From positions 172,546,001 through 172,610,000 of the forward strand of contig OX597815.1 in assembly GCA_951406725.2 (NCBI GenBank): a DNA stretch of 64,000 bases. Direction: 5' to 3'. The notes beneath the pieces were generated by a model. The model had not been told where the DNA came from. It searched no databases and saw only the letters and a list, made by a program, of their open reading frames with translations. Positions 10,901-23,600 of the stretch are shown here, one piece after another. The stretch is from Octopus vulgaris (Eukaryota). Numbering within the stretch: the stretch's first letter is position 1; each line of letters opens with the position of its first letter. The translations under genes and the position numbers were made by a program.

Positions 10901-13900
10901 CCGAGAGTGTAGTGGGTGATTTTATGTGCCACCGACACAGGTGCCAGACGAGGCTGGCGAACGGCCACGCTCTGATGGTGTTTTTATGTGCCACTGACAC
11001 AGGTACCAGACGAGGCTGGCAGACGGCCACGCTCGGATGGTGTTTTTATGTGCCACCGACACAGGTGCCAGATGAGGCTGGCGGACGGCCACGATCGGAT
11101 GGTGTTTGTTACGTCCCCAAAGCATGGAGGCCAGTCTATGCGGTACTGGCTACGGCCACGTTCAGATGATTTTCTTGTGTGCCACCGGCACTGGTACCAC
11201 AAATTACAAATTCCATTGATGTTCATCTATTTTGATTTGTTTTGATTTGATTTGATTTTCACTTGCCTCAACAGGTCTTCACAAGTGTCACAAGAAGGAA
11301 GGTATGCACAGGTGGACTGACTACGTCCCAGGTAGGGGCCACGGGTTATGGCCTGACTAGTCTTGCCGGGTCTTCGGATGGTTTTTTTATGTGCCACCGA
11401 CACAGGTGCCAGATGAGGCTGGCGAACGGCCATGATCGGATGGTGTTTGTTGCGTGCCCACTGCACGGAGGCCAGTCGATGCGGTACTGGCTACGGCCAC
11501 GTTCGGATGGTTTTCTTGTGTGCCACCGGCACTGGTACCACAAGATACAAGTTCCATTGATGTTCATCTATTTTGATTTGATTTGATTTGATTCTCACTT
11601 GCCTCAACAGGTCTTCACAAGTGTCACAAGAAGGAAGGAAGGTATGCACAGGTGGACTGACTACGTCCCAAGTAGGGGCCATGGGTTATGGCCTGACTAG
11701 TCTTGCCGGGTCTTCGGTTGGTGTTTTTATGTGCCACCGACACAGGTGCCAGATGAGGCTGGCGGACGGCCACAATCGGATGGTGTTTGTTATGTGCCCA
11801 CATCACAGAGGCCAGTCGATGCGGTACTGGCTATGGCCACGTTCGGATGGTTTTCTTGTGTGCCACCGGTACTGGAACCACAAAGATACAAATTCCATTG
11901 ATGTTCATCTATTTTGATTTGGTTTGATTTGATTTGATTTGATTTTGATTTTCACTTGCCTCAACAGGTCTACACAAGTGTCACACACTTGTCTCAACAG
12001 GTCTTCACAAGTGTCATAAGTAGGAAGGTATGCACAGGTGGACTGACTACGTCGCCGGGTCTTCGGATGGTGTTTTTATGTGCCACCGACACAGGTGCCA
12101 GATGAGGCTGGCGAACGGCCACGATCGGATGGTTTTCTTGTGTGCCACCGGTACTGGAACCACAAAGATACAAATTCCATTGATGTTCATCTATTTTGAT
12201 TTGGTTTGATTTTCACTTGCCTCAACAGGTCTTCACAAGTGTCACACGTGTCACACACTTGCCTCAACAGGTCTCCACAAGTGTCACACACTTGCCTCTG
12301 CCTCAACAGGTCTTCACAAAGTGTCACACACTTGCCTCTGCCTCAACAGGTCTTCACAAGTGTCACACACTTGCCTCAACAGGTCTTCACAAGTGTCATA
12401 AGAGGGAAGGTATGCACAGGTGGACTGACTACGTCGCCGGGTCTTCGGATGGTGTTTTTATGTGCCACCGACACAGGTGCCAGATGAGGCTGGCGAACGG
12501 CCACGCATCAGATGGTGTTTGTTGTGCCCACAGCACGGAGGCCAGTCAATGCGGTACTGGCTACGGATGGTTCGGATGGTTTTCTTGTGTGCCACCGGTA
12601 CTGGAACCACAAAGATACAAATTCCATTGATGTTCATCTATTTTGATTTGGTTTGATTTGATGAATATAAAAATTAAATTTTGTTGTCTTTTTCTTTCAT
12701 TGGTATTTTAAATCTAGAGTGTAAAGAGGAGAACTTTGTTTTTAGCCAATAAATTTTCTTGTAGTAGTCTCACTATAAATATAGTATTGATTACATAATC
12801 TGGCAAAATCACTAATGGATGGTTTACTCATTCAAACCATCCAATACACATTGCTTTTACCCTTGGATGAAATAAAATCAATATAATTTGGAACTTAAAG
12901 TTATAGACTAGGCTCAACAAAGAAATCCTTTCTATGCTGCAGTGATCACAATGCAGCTGCTATTTCCTTAAGTGATTTCAAATAAGATCTCACATTACCT
13001 TTTGATCTGTTCAGGAACTCGGTTCAGAAGGTCCAAGTAGCGTTGTCGTATTTCAGCCAGCAGATCGCCACGCTCAATACAGTCCACACTCACCTAGAAA
13101 ATTAACCACAACAAAAGGATTGGTTTTCTCTTTCATGCCTTCAATTCTAGAAGAACAATACAGCCATTACTTTAAATCATATAAACTTAGACTTAGCTGT
13201 GTGTTTAACAAGTTTCCTTTGAAACCATGTGGTTGATGGCTATATCTCACAGTGTGGTACTTTGGATGAGTTTCTTCTACCACTGCCTCAGGTGAATCAA
13301 TGATTTGTGAGTGGAATTTGTTAGATGGAATTGTTCAAAAGCTCATCAGTTATACATGCATGTTTGTACGTATGTATGGATCGATGGATGGATGGATCTT
13401 TTATTTTGTATTTGTTTTAGTCATTAGACTGTGGCCATGCTGGGGCACTGACTTGAAGAATTATGGTGAAACAAATCAAACCCAGTACTTATTGTTTGTA
13501 AAGCCTGGTACTTATTCTACTGGTCTCTTTAGCTAGACCACTAAGTTACAGGGATGTAAACACACCAACACTGGGTGCCAAGTGCTGGTGGGGAACAAAC
13601 ATAGATGCAAAAACAGACAGACAGACACATACACACACACATGTGGCACAAGGTCAATGGATGGATGGATTGATGGATGGATTGATGGATGGATGGATGG
13701 ATGGATACATGCATGAGTTCAGTAAGATTGGCATTAAGTGCAGATCAGTAAGGAATTTAGTGTGCACATATAATCACCAAAGTTCAGTTTCTGGTTTCTC
13801 CTAATTATAATTCTCCAACCTGTAGCAGAGGAGTTTAACACCAGCTATCCATAGGAACTCCTATATACTGATAATCTAGTCATAGAAGAGATTGTGAAAA

Positions 13901-16900
13901 ACTTCAAAGAAGAAATTCCAAATCTAGAAGTAAAACTTAGAATTGAGAGACTTCAGGATATGCTTGTTGACGTCCAAGGATTGGTAAAGTACTTCTTTTG
14001 TTGTACATATTGATTTCAAATTTTGACACAAGGCCAGCAATTTTGAAGGAGGGCTAAGTCAATTATATTAACCTCATTGTTCAACTGTTACTTATTTTAT
14101 CAACCCTAAAATGATGAATGGCAAAGTCAACCCCAGCAGAATTTGAACTCAAACTAAAAGATGGACAAATTGCCACTAAGAATTTTGCCAAGTGCAGTAG
14201 TGATTCTGTCAGCTCACTGCCTTTCACTTTTGTTGTACATATTACCATATCACCATGTAATTTGCACACCTGTGTAATTTACGCAGGTGATTTTCAGGAT
14301 AAAATTTGTTAATAAAAGCTTCTATTCATGTAAAATTCGCAACCAAAAGTTTTCAGAATTGCTGATATGGCCAGGGGTTTTCAATTTAGTTGTATTTAGT
14401 ATAATTTCACTTTCTTAAGATTAATTTTATTAAATTTTCATTAAATAAAAATAATTTAATTTTCACTAAATAAAAATTTTTTAAATATCACATTAAAAGC
14501 TATTAAATTACAAAGTGTTTGTGTTGTTTATAATAATATGACCTGGACCTTGATTACCAGCATGAACATCAGACTGCAAAAAGTAGTTAACCATTTAATG
14601 ATTTTAGTAAATTTATGCAGAAAAAGTAAGCATTATACCATCCAGCATAAATAAAAGTCAACTTCATTATATTTAAGCCCTTATTTTGTCTGTAAAAACA
14701 TATGCTTACACTAAATTAGTCAACTTCTGGTATGAATGTTTATCTTTTGTACATCTTTTTTCAACAAAAAAATTTCTAAAAACGTTCTGGAAATGGTCTA
14801 CTCATGTAATTTACACACCCCTAAAGTTGATTTATATTTTTGCAAAAAAACTGCGTAAATTACATGGGTTTTTACAATAGCATTTATCACTCCCAAGAGC
14901 TCTTATCCAATAAGGCTATGCAATATTTTTGACAATATTAAATTCATTGGTAGCTTGCATATAAAGATACTGGTGAATTGCTTTTTATGTATTCATTATC
15001 AGGAAAAGAATGATAATTAAAATAAACATATATACTTAAGAAATGGCATATATAATTAATATAGCTTAGTTACATAAAACATGTTGCTTAACTTACAAGA
15101 AAGCAAACTAATTTATTTATATATTGGTGCTAGTTTGACAATTATTAATAATTCATTTTATATCAAATGCAGTATAGAATTAAATATTTCAGAATATGTT
15201 TAAAAAATAGTAAGTTCAAAGTCACTATGGAGTGAGTGGACAGCAGGAGAAATTTTCAGACAAAGAACTCCCATCAAGCAAGTATTTCAGCCCATTAGTT
15301 CCTGACATTCTAGAAGAGCCAGATCCACCAAGATCATGATTCATGGGTGTCCTGCTGTTTTTGAAATGTCACTTTTAGTGGAGCCTGGACTCATAACCTT
15401 CAGGTGATCTTATTTTCTAAACTATGGTGTATATCACTCAGCTATGAAAACCACCACAAGAATTTGTTGTAGAGCAAATCTGAGGATGTGGAGACACATG
15501 GCCTAGTGGTTAGAGCAGCAGACTCACAGTTGAGGGATCGCAGGTTCGAATCTTAGACCAGGCGATGTGTGTGTGTTTATGAGCGAAACACCTAAAAGCT
15601 CCACGCGACTCCGGCAGAAGGTAATGGCAAACTTCTGCTGACTCTTTCGCCACAACTTTCTCTCACTCTTTCCTCCTGCATCTTGGAGCTCACCTGTGAC
15701 GGACCGCGTCCCATCCAGGTGGGGAACCTTTACACCAAGGAAACCAGCCCTTATGAGCTAGGCATGGCTTAGGAAGGAACAAACAAAATCTGAGGATATA
15801 CTCTATGTTGTCAGTAAAATGGCATACCAATCAGAATGGTTGCAGTTTCTAGAGACTAACAGTTGTTAGTTTTCACTTAACCCAACTGTTCTAACAAGAG
15901 ACTAACTTACAATTGTGTAAAATGTTGCTCAGCTTACAAAACAGTAATGAAAATTATAAATGATATCAAGAAGGTAAACCATGGGCTTACCTTCTTGATA
16001 TCATTTGTAAAATCTTCACCAAAGACAAGAATATGCACACATACACATACACAGTAAATGATACATAATATAAAATGACTTAAGGCAGCAAGCTGGCAGA
16101 AACGTTAGCACGCCGGGCGAAGTGCTTCGCAGCATTTCACCCATCGCTACGTCCTGAGTTCAAATTCCACCAAGGTCGACTTTGCCTTTCATCCTTTCGG
16201 GGTTGATAAATTAAGTACCAGTTATGCACTGGGGTTGATGTAATCGACTTAATTCGTCTGTCTGTCCTTGTTTGTCCCCTCTATGTTTAGCCCCTTGTGG
16301 GTAATAAAGAAACAGATACATAATATAAAATGACTTTATATAGGAATGAGAAAATGTCAACCTGGCGGATTATTTCATGGAATACAACATTGTAGATGTC
16401 TTGCTCCCTCCTCACCAGCTCCAGGAGATTGTGCATCTAGAAGAAAACAAAATATCATATAATCAATTTAAAATAGTTATTCTGCACTAGAATTATATAC
16501 ATTGTATTGACCAATCAGATTATCTCTATCATACATCTTTAGTCTTCACTCATACATCTTTAGTCTTCAACTATTTTCATTCCAGTGTATTCTGTTGTGT
16601 CTGGGGAGTCATTTTCTTTTTGTGTCTTATAATGTAACACACTCACCGGTAAAATTTCCACTTTTTTTTCTTATTTTTATTGTCCTAAAATTTTTGTTGC
16701 GTCTTGCAACCTTTTCAATAGTTTTGACTAGTTTTCAATAGTTTTAGGACAATAAAAATAAGAAAAAAAGTGGAAATGTTACCGCTGAGTGTGTTACATT
16801 ATAAGGCACCAAAAGAGAATGACTCTCCCCAGACACAACAGAATATGCTTCAACACACGAACTCATATAAAGAATCTTGCAAACCAAATCCCAAAACGAA

Positions 16901-17407
16901 ATATTCCAATGTGTTTTACATGTTTGTAGTTTAACCACATTTAATACCGCCAATTGTCACCATTCTTTCAGTATTTGTTCTTACAACATAATCACTTATG
17001 CATTCACTAGTATGTCATTGTATATTAAAAATAAAATTAAACAAGAAAAATCCTGGTTGTATCATGAATAAGACTAACAGCCATTTAGATTGTGTTGTCA
17101 GCAACTAAATGGCTCTAATTACTTCTTGCCCAGACCTGAACTGCACATAATTGCATTTCAAAAAGTGTTGTCATTTGGGACAGAAAACAGGAACTAAGCA
17201 CTCTAACATGCAAGAAACAAAGTTCAGCCTCGTTTTTAGAGAGAGACCTTCCTATCAAAATACTTCTTGTTTGTACCACCATGCACTTATTTGTTACTTT
17301 TTATCAACTGAATATCTTTGGATATTTCTTCCATCAATTTTTGAGCATCATGGTGGTTGATACCTCAAGTGAGTTAAAATTTAATAATATTATTAGTTAA
17401 TGATTTA

Positions 17408-17459
<52 letters not shown>

Positions 17460-17628
17460 GGCGCAGAAGTGGCTGTGTGGTAAGTAGCTTGCTTAACAAC
17501 CACATGGTTCCGGGTTCAGTCCCACTGCATGGCACCTTGGGCAAGTGTCTTCTACTATAGCCTCGGGCCCACCAAAGCCTTGAGTAGATTTGGTAGATGG
17601 AAACTGAAAGAAGCCCATCATATATATG

Positions 17629-17677
<49 letters not shown>

Positions 17678-20600
17678 CTGTGTGTGTGTGTGTGTTTGTG
17701 TGTCTGTGTTGACAACCGATGCTGGTGTGTTTACCTCCCTGGCAAAAGAGACCGATAGAATAAGTACTAAGCTTGCAAAGAATAAGTCCCGGGGTCAATT
17801 TACTTGACTAAAGGTGGTGCTCCAGCATGGCTGCAGTCAAATGACTGAAACAAGTAAAAGAGTAAAAAGAGAGTAAAAGAGATTTATTGAAGATTTAATT
17901 AGAGATGGAGAGCTTGAACTTTCATCTGTACACATCAGTGATCTATGTGATAGAAGGATTTAACAATTCTGAAGAGGAGTAGAGCTATCATGTAGTTGAT
18001 CATTGCGTCAGAATTTTCATTAGTAATGTGGATCCCACAAGACCTTTGAAAATTAAAACAAAGTTAAATGAGTACTCTTTTCTATTTTTCTTGAAGGTTT
18101 TATCAAGGTGAGTGATGAAAAATATGTGTCAATGTGGTAACAGCATCTTCATTACATCAAAGGGGGAAATGAAGACATATCTCAAATAGTTTTTCTGATT
18201 ATAGTTGTGAAACAGAATTTGGTTCTGAGGCAGGTAACCACTGACCAAATATTGATATTTTTATATATATGTAAAAACACGTCAGTGGAATTTGCCAGGG
18301 CAGGGCCAATCCATAACATTACATGACATGTCAGATTCGCCAGAGGGGCAGACTGAACCCATAACATTACATGGCATGTCAGAGATTCACCAGAGGGGCA
18401 GAACCAATCCATAACATTACATGACATGTCAGATTCGCCAGAGGGGCAGAGGCAACCCATAACATTACATGACATGTCAGATTCGCCAGAGGGACAGGGC
18501 CAGATTCGCCAGAGGGACAGGGCCAATTACATGACATGTTAGGGATTCGCCAGAGGGGCAGACTGAACCCATAACATTACATGACATGTAGGAGATTCGC
18601 CAGAGGGGCAGAGGCAACCCATAGCATTACATGACATGTCAGATTCGCCAGAGGTGCAGGCCAATCCATAACATTACATGACATGTCAGATTCGCCATAG
18701 GAACAGACCCAACCCATAACATTACATGACATATCAGATTCGCCAGAGGGACAGGGCCAATCCATAACATTACATGACATGTTAGGGATTCGCCAGAGGG
18801 GCAGACTGAACCCATAACAATACATGACATGTAGGAGATTCGCCAGAGGGGCAGAGGCAACCCATAATATTACATGACATGTCAGATTCGCCAGGGATGC
18901 AGGCCAATCCATAACATTACATGACATGTCAGATTCGCCATAGGGACAGACCCAACCCATAACATTACGTGACATGTCAGATTCGCCAGAGGGGCAGGGC
19001 CAACCCATAACATTATCTCTATATTATAATTCTGAAATGCGAAAAGTTTGTTTGTCTGGTTTTGGCATTGAGAATGGGTTAAAGGCCACTAGATCCTGTC
19101 AGATTGACTCCAAAATTTACAGGGACATGTAAAATGAGGAGAAGATGCGAGTGGGCTAGGTTAGAAATCCCCATCTTAAAAGGTGTCGTTGCTAGGGCCA
19201 AAAACGCACTTTGGCAAGTCTACTCTCATTCTTTTATGTATCTGTCTTCCTCCATCACTCACTCTCTATCTATAACGTCGTTTCACAGCGTCTATCTCCT
19301 TTCCCTTCACTTTCTCTTTATAACGTCGTTTCACAGCATCCTATATCTCCCCCTCCCCACTTTCGACAGCGCTTTCACACTCTCTCTCTTTCTACGTCTG
19401 TCTGCATTCATAGAGAGAATTATCATCGCCACCACCACCACACAATCATGAGAACAAATATTATGAATCAGATATTTATTGGGTTAATTTATATATGTGT
19501 GTGTATGTGTGTTCTATATATAAATATGTATATATAATGCATATATACAAAGTGTATATATCTGTATTTCACGTGATCATGTGACCGACCAGACCATCAG
19601 ATGTTGTTACACATCGCTGGTCACAATGCGTTCGCATTGTTTTTTAGCCTTCGAATGATGCCATCCTGCTGGCTAAGCAAGCAGGCCAACAGAAGAAAGA
19701 GTGGGAGAAAGAGTGGTGAAAGAGTACAGCAGGGATCACCACCCCCTGCCGGAGCCTCGCGGAGCTTTTAGGTGTTTTCGCTCAATAAACACTCACAACG
19801 CCCGGTCTGGGAATCGAAACCACGATCCTGCGACCGCGAGTCTGCTGCCCTAACCACTAGGCCATTGCGCCTGTATTTATATCTGTATTTATGTATATTA
19901 AACTTTTTAATACTTTTTGATAGTTATATATATTTTTTTTTTAAATTATAAATATAAATTAATAATTTTAATTTTAAATTTAAATAATTTAAAGTTTTAA
20001 ATTTTATATTTTATATATTTTGTATATTATACTTTTTATTTTTATGTTTTGGTTTATGTTTTTTATTGTTTGATTTGCCTAATAGTGGTTTTATCTCTAA
20101 TTTAATTTATATAGCATGGCCACAGCTCATGAGCTGAAACTAGAATCAATCAATCAATCATATATATATATATATATATAAGAAACAAACCAATCCAGAA
20201 AAGAAGGATTTGGAGGCTAAAGAACCCTACGCATGGTCAGAAATTTAGGGACATACTCATCAAGAAATTTGATGAGAGGGAAGAGGAGCTTCAGACGTCA
20301 GACATAGAAGGTAGCTGGGAATTCCTACGGGACAGCTTGTTGAGTGCCACAGACCAAGTTTGTGGATGGTGCAAAGTCCCTTCCAGACCTAGAATTACGT
20401 GGTGGTGGAATAGTGCAGTAGATAAAGCCATCTGTGAAAAGAGACGGGCCTGGAAAGCCTGGAAGGATGGGGGCAGCAGGGAACTGTACCAGATAGCCAA
20501 AAGGGAGGCTGGGCGGCAGGTATACATTGCCAAAGATGTAGCAGAAAAGAAGAAGTTTGCCAATGTCCAGCGTCGCGAGGATCAAAGAGCTGAAGTATTT

Positions 20601-23600
20601 CGGATTGCCAGACAGTGTGTCAGAGAAAATAGCGATGTTATAGGAGAGAAATGTGTTCGCATGGATGATGGGGCACCTGCTTTTACTACTAGTGAAAAGA
20701 AAGAGGCTTGGAGAAGCCATTATGAAAGACTGCTGAATGAGGAGAATGAATGGGAGGAGGAGAGCCTGCCAAATGTTGACCCAGTAGAGGGACCAGCTAC
20801 CCGAATAGACAGCTCCCTTGTAGATAAGGCAATTAAGGATATGAAACCAGGCAAAGCCCCTGGCCTATCAGGAATCACTGCTGAGATGCTTAAAACAGCT
20901 GGCTATGTGGGCCATGCCATAGTCACCCGCATTGTAAACCAGGTAGTTCACAATGGAGCCATACCCAATGACTGGTGCAGCAGTACCATAGTCAACTGCT
21001 ACAAGGGTAAGGGTGATGCTCTAGATACAAATAACTACAGAGGTATCAAACTGTTGGACCAGGTGATGAAGGTCTCAGAGAAGGTCATAACCAATCTCAT
21101 TAGGGAGAGAATTTGTTTAGATGAAATGCAGTTCGGTTTTGTACCAGGTAGAAGCACCACTGATGCTATATTCCTGGTCCGACAACTGCAGGAGAAGTAC
21201 CTAGCTAAAGATAAACCCCTCTACATAGCTTTTGTAGACTTGGAGAAAGCCTTTGACAGGGTTCCCCGTTCCCTTATCTGGTGGTCGATGCGGAAACTGG
21301 AGATTGAAGAATGGCTAATAAGGGCTGTACAGGCTCTATACAGAGAGGCTGTTAGCAAGGTTAGGATTGGCAACGAATATAGTGAAGAATTCCGAGTAGA
21401 AGTAGGTGTGCACCAGGGCTCAGCCCTCAGTCCCCTTTTATTCATCATAGTCCTTCAGGCAATAACAGAGGAATTCAAAACGGGATGCCCCTGGGAGCTC
21501 CTCTATGCCGATGACCTAGCTCTCATAGCAGAATCACTACCGGAACTAGAAGAGAAATTTCGGGTGTGGAAGCAAGGGTTGGAATCAAAGGGCCTTAGAA
21601 TAAATGTAGCAAAGACCAAAGTATTAGTAAGCAGCAAGAGGTACTCAACACACATCCCCTCGGGTAGGTGGCCCTGCTCAACCTGTAGGAAAGGTACAGG
21701 TAGAAACTCCATAAGATGCACCCAATGTAAGTTATGGACACATAAGAGGTGCAGCAACATTAAAGGGAAATTAACAGATAAGATAGCTTTCATGTGCGGC
21801 AGATGCACAGGGACAATAGACACAACAGACACTCAGAAAACAGATTCCATCACACTCCAGGGAGAGAAACTAGAAGTAGTTGATAGTTTCCGCTACCTGG
21901 GAGACCAAGTTAGTAGCGGAGGTGGATGCACAGAGAGTATCACCACTAGAATACGAATAGCCTGGGCAAAGTTCAGAAAGCTCCTACCCCTACTGGCAAC
22001 AAAAGGCCTCTCCCTCAGAGCAAAAGGTAGATTGTATGATGCATGTGTGCGAACTGCCATGCTTCACGGTAATGAAACATGGGCTGTGACTGCAGAAGAC
22101 ATGCGTAGACTTGAAAGAAATGAAGCTAGCATGATCCGCTGGATGTGTAATGTCAGTGTGCACGCAAAACAGAGTGTAAGTATCCTGAGAGAAATGCTGG
22201 ATATAAGAAGCATCAGATGTGGTGTGCAAGAGCGACGCTTGCGATGGTATGGTCATGTGCTGCGGATGGATGAAGAGAGATGTGTGAAGAAGTGCCACTC
22301 CCAAACAGTTGAAGGTATCAGGGGGAGAGGTAGACCCAGGAAGACATGGGATGAGGTGGTCAAGCATGACCTCAGAGCATTGGGCCTCACTGAGGCAATG
22401 GCGAAGGACCGAGATCTCTGGAGATATGCTGTGACTACAAAGACCCGGGCTGCTTTCTGCAGCAATTCCACATACCCCCTACCCATTCTAAGTACCCCGG
22501 ATCCCCAAAGTACCCTGGATCCCCAAAGTACCCCGATCCCCAAAGTACCCCGGACCTCGTTGCCCCCGTGCCGCTGACACGTTAAAATGCTCGAACCGAT
22601 CGTGACGATGCCGGACCCTCCGGCCCCTGTGCAGGTGGCACGTAAAAAGCACCCAATCCACTCACGGAGTGGTTGGCGTTAGGAAGGGCATCCAGCCGTA
22701 GAAACTCTGCCAGATTCAGACTGGAGCCTGGAGCGGCCCCTGGCTTCCCAGACCCGGTCAAACCGTCCAACCCGTGCTAGCGCGGAAAGCGGACGTTAAA
22801 CGATGATGATATATATATATATATATATATATAATTTGTATACACACACATATATATATATATAATGTGTATATATATATATATATGGCCTGGTGCAGCC
22901 TTCGGGCTCCCCAGACTCCAGTTGAACCGTCCAACCCATGCTAGCATGGAAAGCGGACGTTAAATGAGGATGATGATGATGATGATGATAATGTGTGCAT
23001 TATGTGGTCGGTTGTGCTGAAAATATGCACACTTATGTTAAAAGTGCTGGCGAGTTTGCATGGCAACTATTTTTTTCCTCAAATGAAAGGCATGACCTCT
23101 AGGACAAAATCCTCATCTTATAAAATGTGGCCCGAGTAGACCCGAATGAAATCAGGTTATATTAACCAAAATGTGAAAAGAGGTCTAAATGGGCTTGAAG
23201 GGGATTAAAATTTACAGGAGCAGGTGTTTAGGAATTCTCTGTTACATGAAGCTAAAAAATTTGCGCCAGCCTTTAAATCGTCAATGTGTTGCCGTCCATG
23301 ATGAAGAAGTTTTGAATGCTTGCCATGGTGAGTCTACTGTCGTGAGAAAGAATCACTTCAAAGCTTGGTGTTTAGGAATTTTCTTTTACATCAAGTTCAA
23401 AATTTTACGCCAGCCGTTAAACTGCCACTATGTTACTGTCCGTCGTTAAGAAATGCCAGCCATGGTGACTCTACTATCCTCAGATTCTATCCCTTCAAAC
23501 TTTGGTTTCCAATATTTTTTTATTTTTATTCAGCTCGCAAGTTCATCTGTCCCTTTTAAATGTTAGTGCTCTGCTGTCTGCTTTGAAGCAGACCTTTCCG

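Noticed and set aside
10770-12656. Many overlapping 60-140 aa ORFs
   Set aside because: Translations of a GC-richer tandem array on both strands, with no protein motif.
14243-14880. Possible pogo-like MITE with CATGTAATTT termini
   Set aside because: Ends are too degenerate to fix boundaries by eye.
15489-15560. tRNA-like head as a real tRNA gene
   Set aside because: It continues into a dispersed SINE body and lacks a complete cloverleaf.
18424-18433. TGACATGTCA as a p53-family response element array
   Set aside because: Each half-site has two mismatches and the adjacent CATG cores are 5 nt apart rather than 10.
18182-19008. Cys-rich repetitive ORFs on the minus strand
   Set aside because: They result from the 48-nt period, are broken by 50-nt units, and are not needed for AXDND1 phase continuity.
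18290-19015. Repeat-spacer appearance suggesting a CRISPR array
   Set aside because: The variable parts are only ~12 nt, related to each other and cyclic; the context is a eukaryotic intron with no cas genes.
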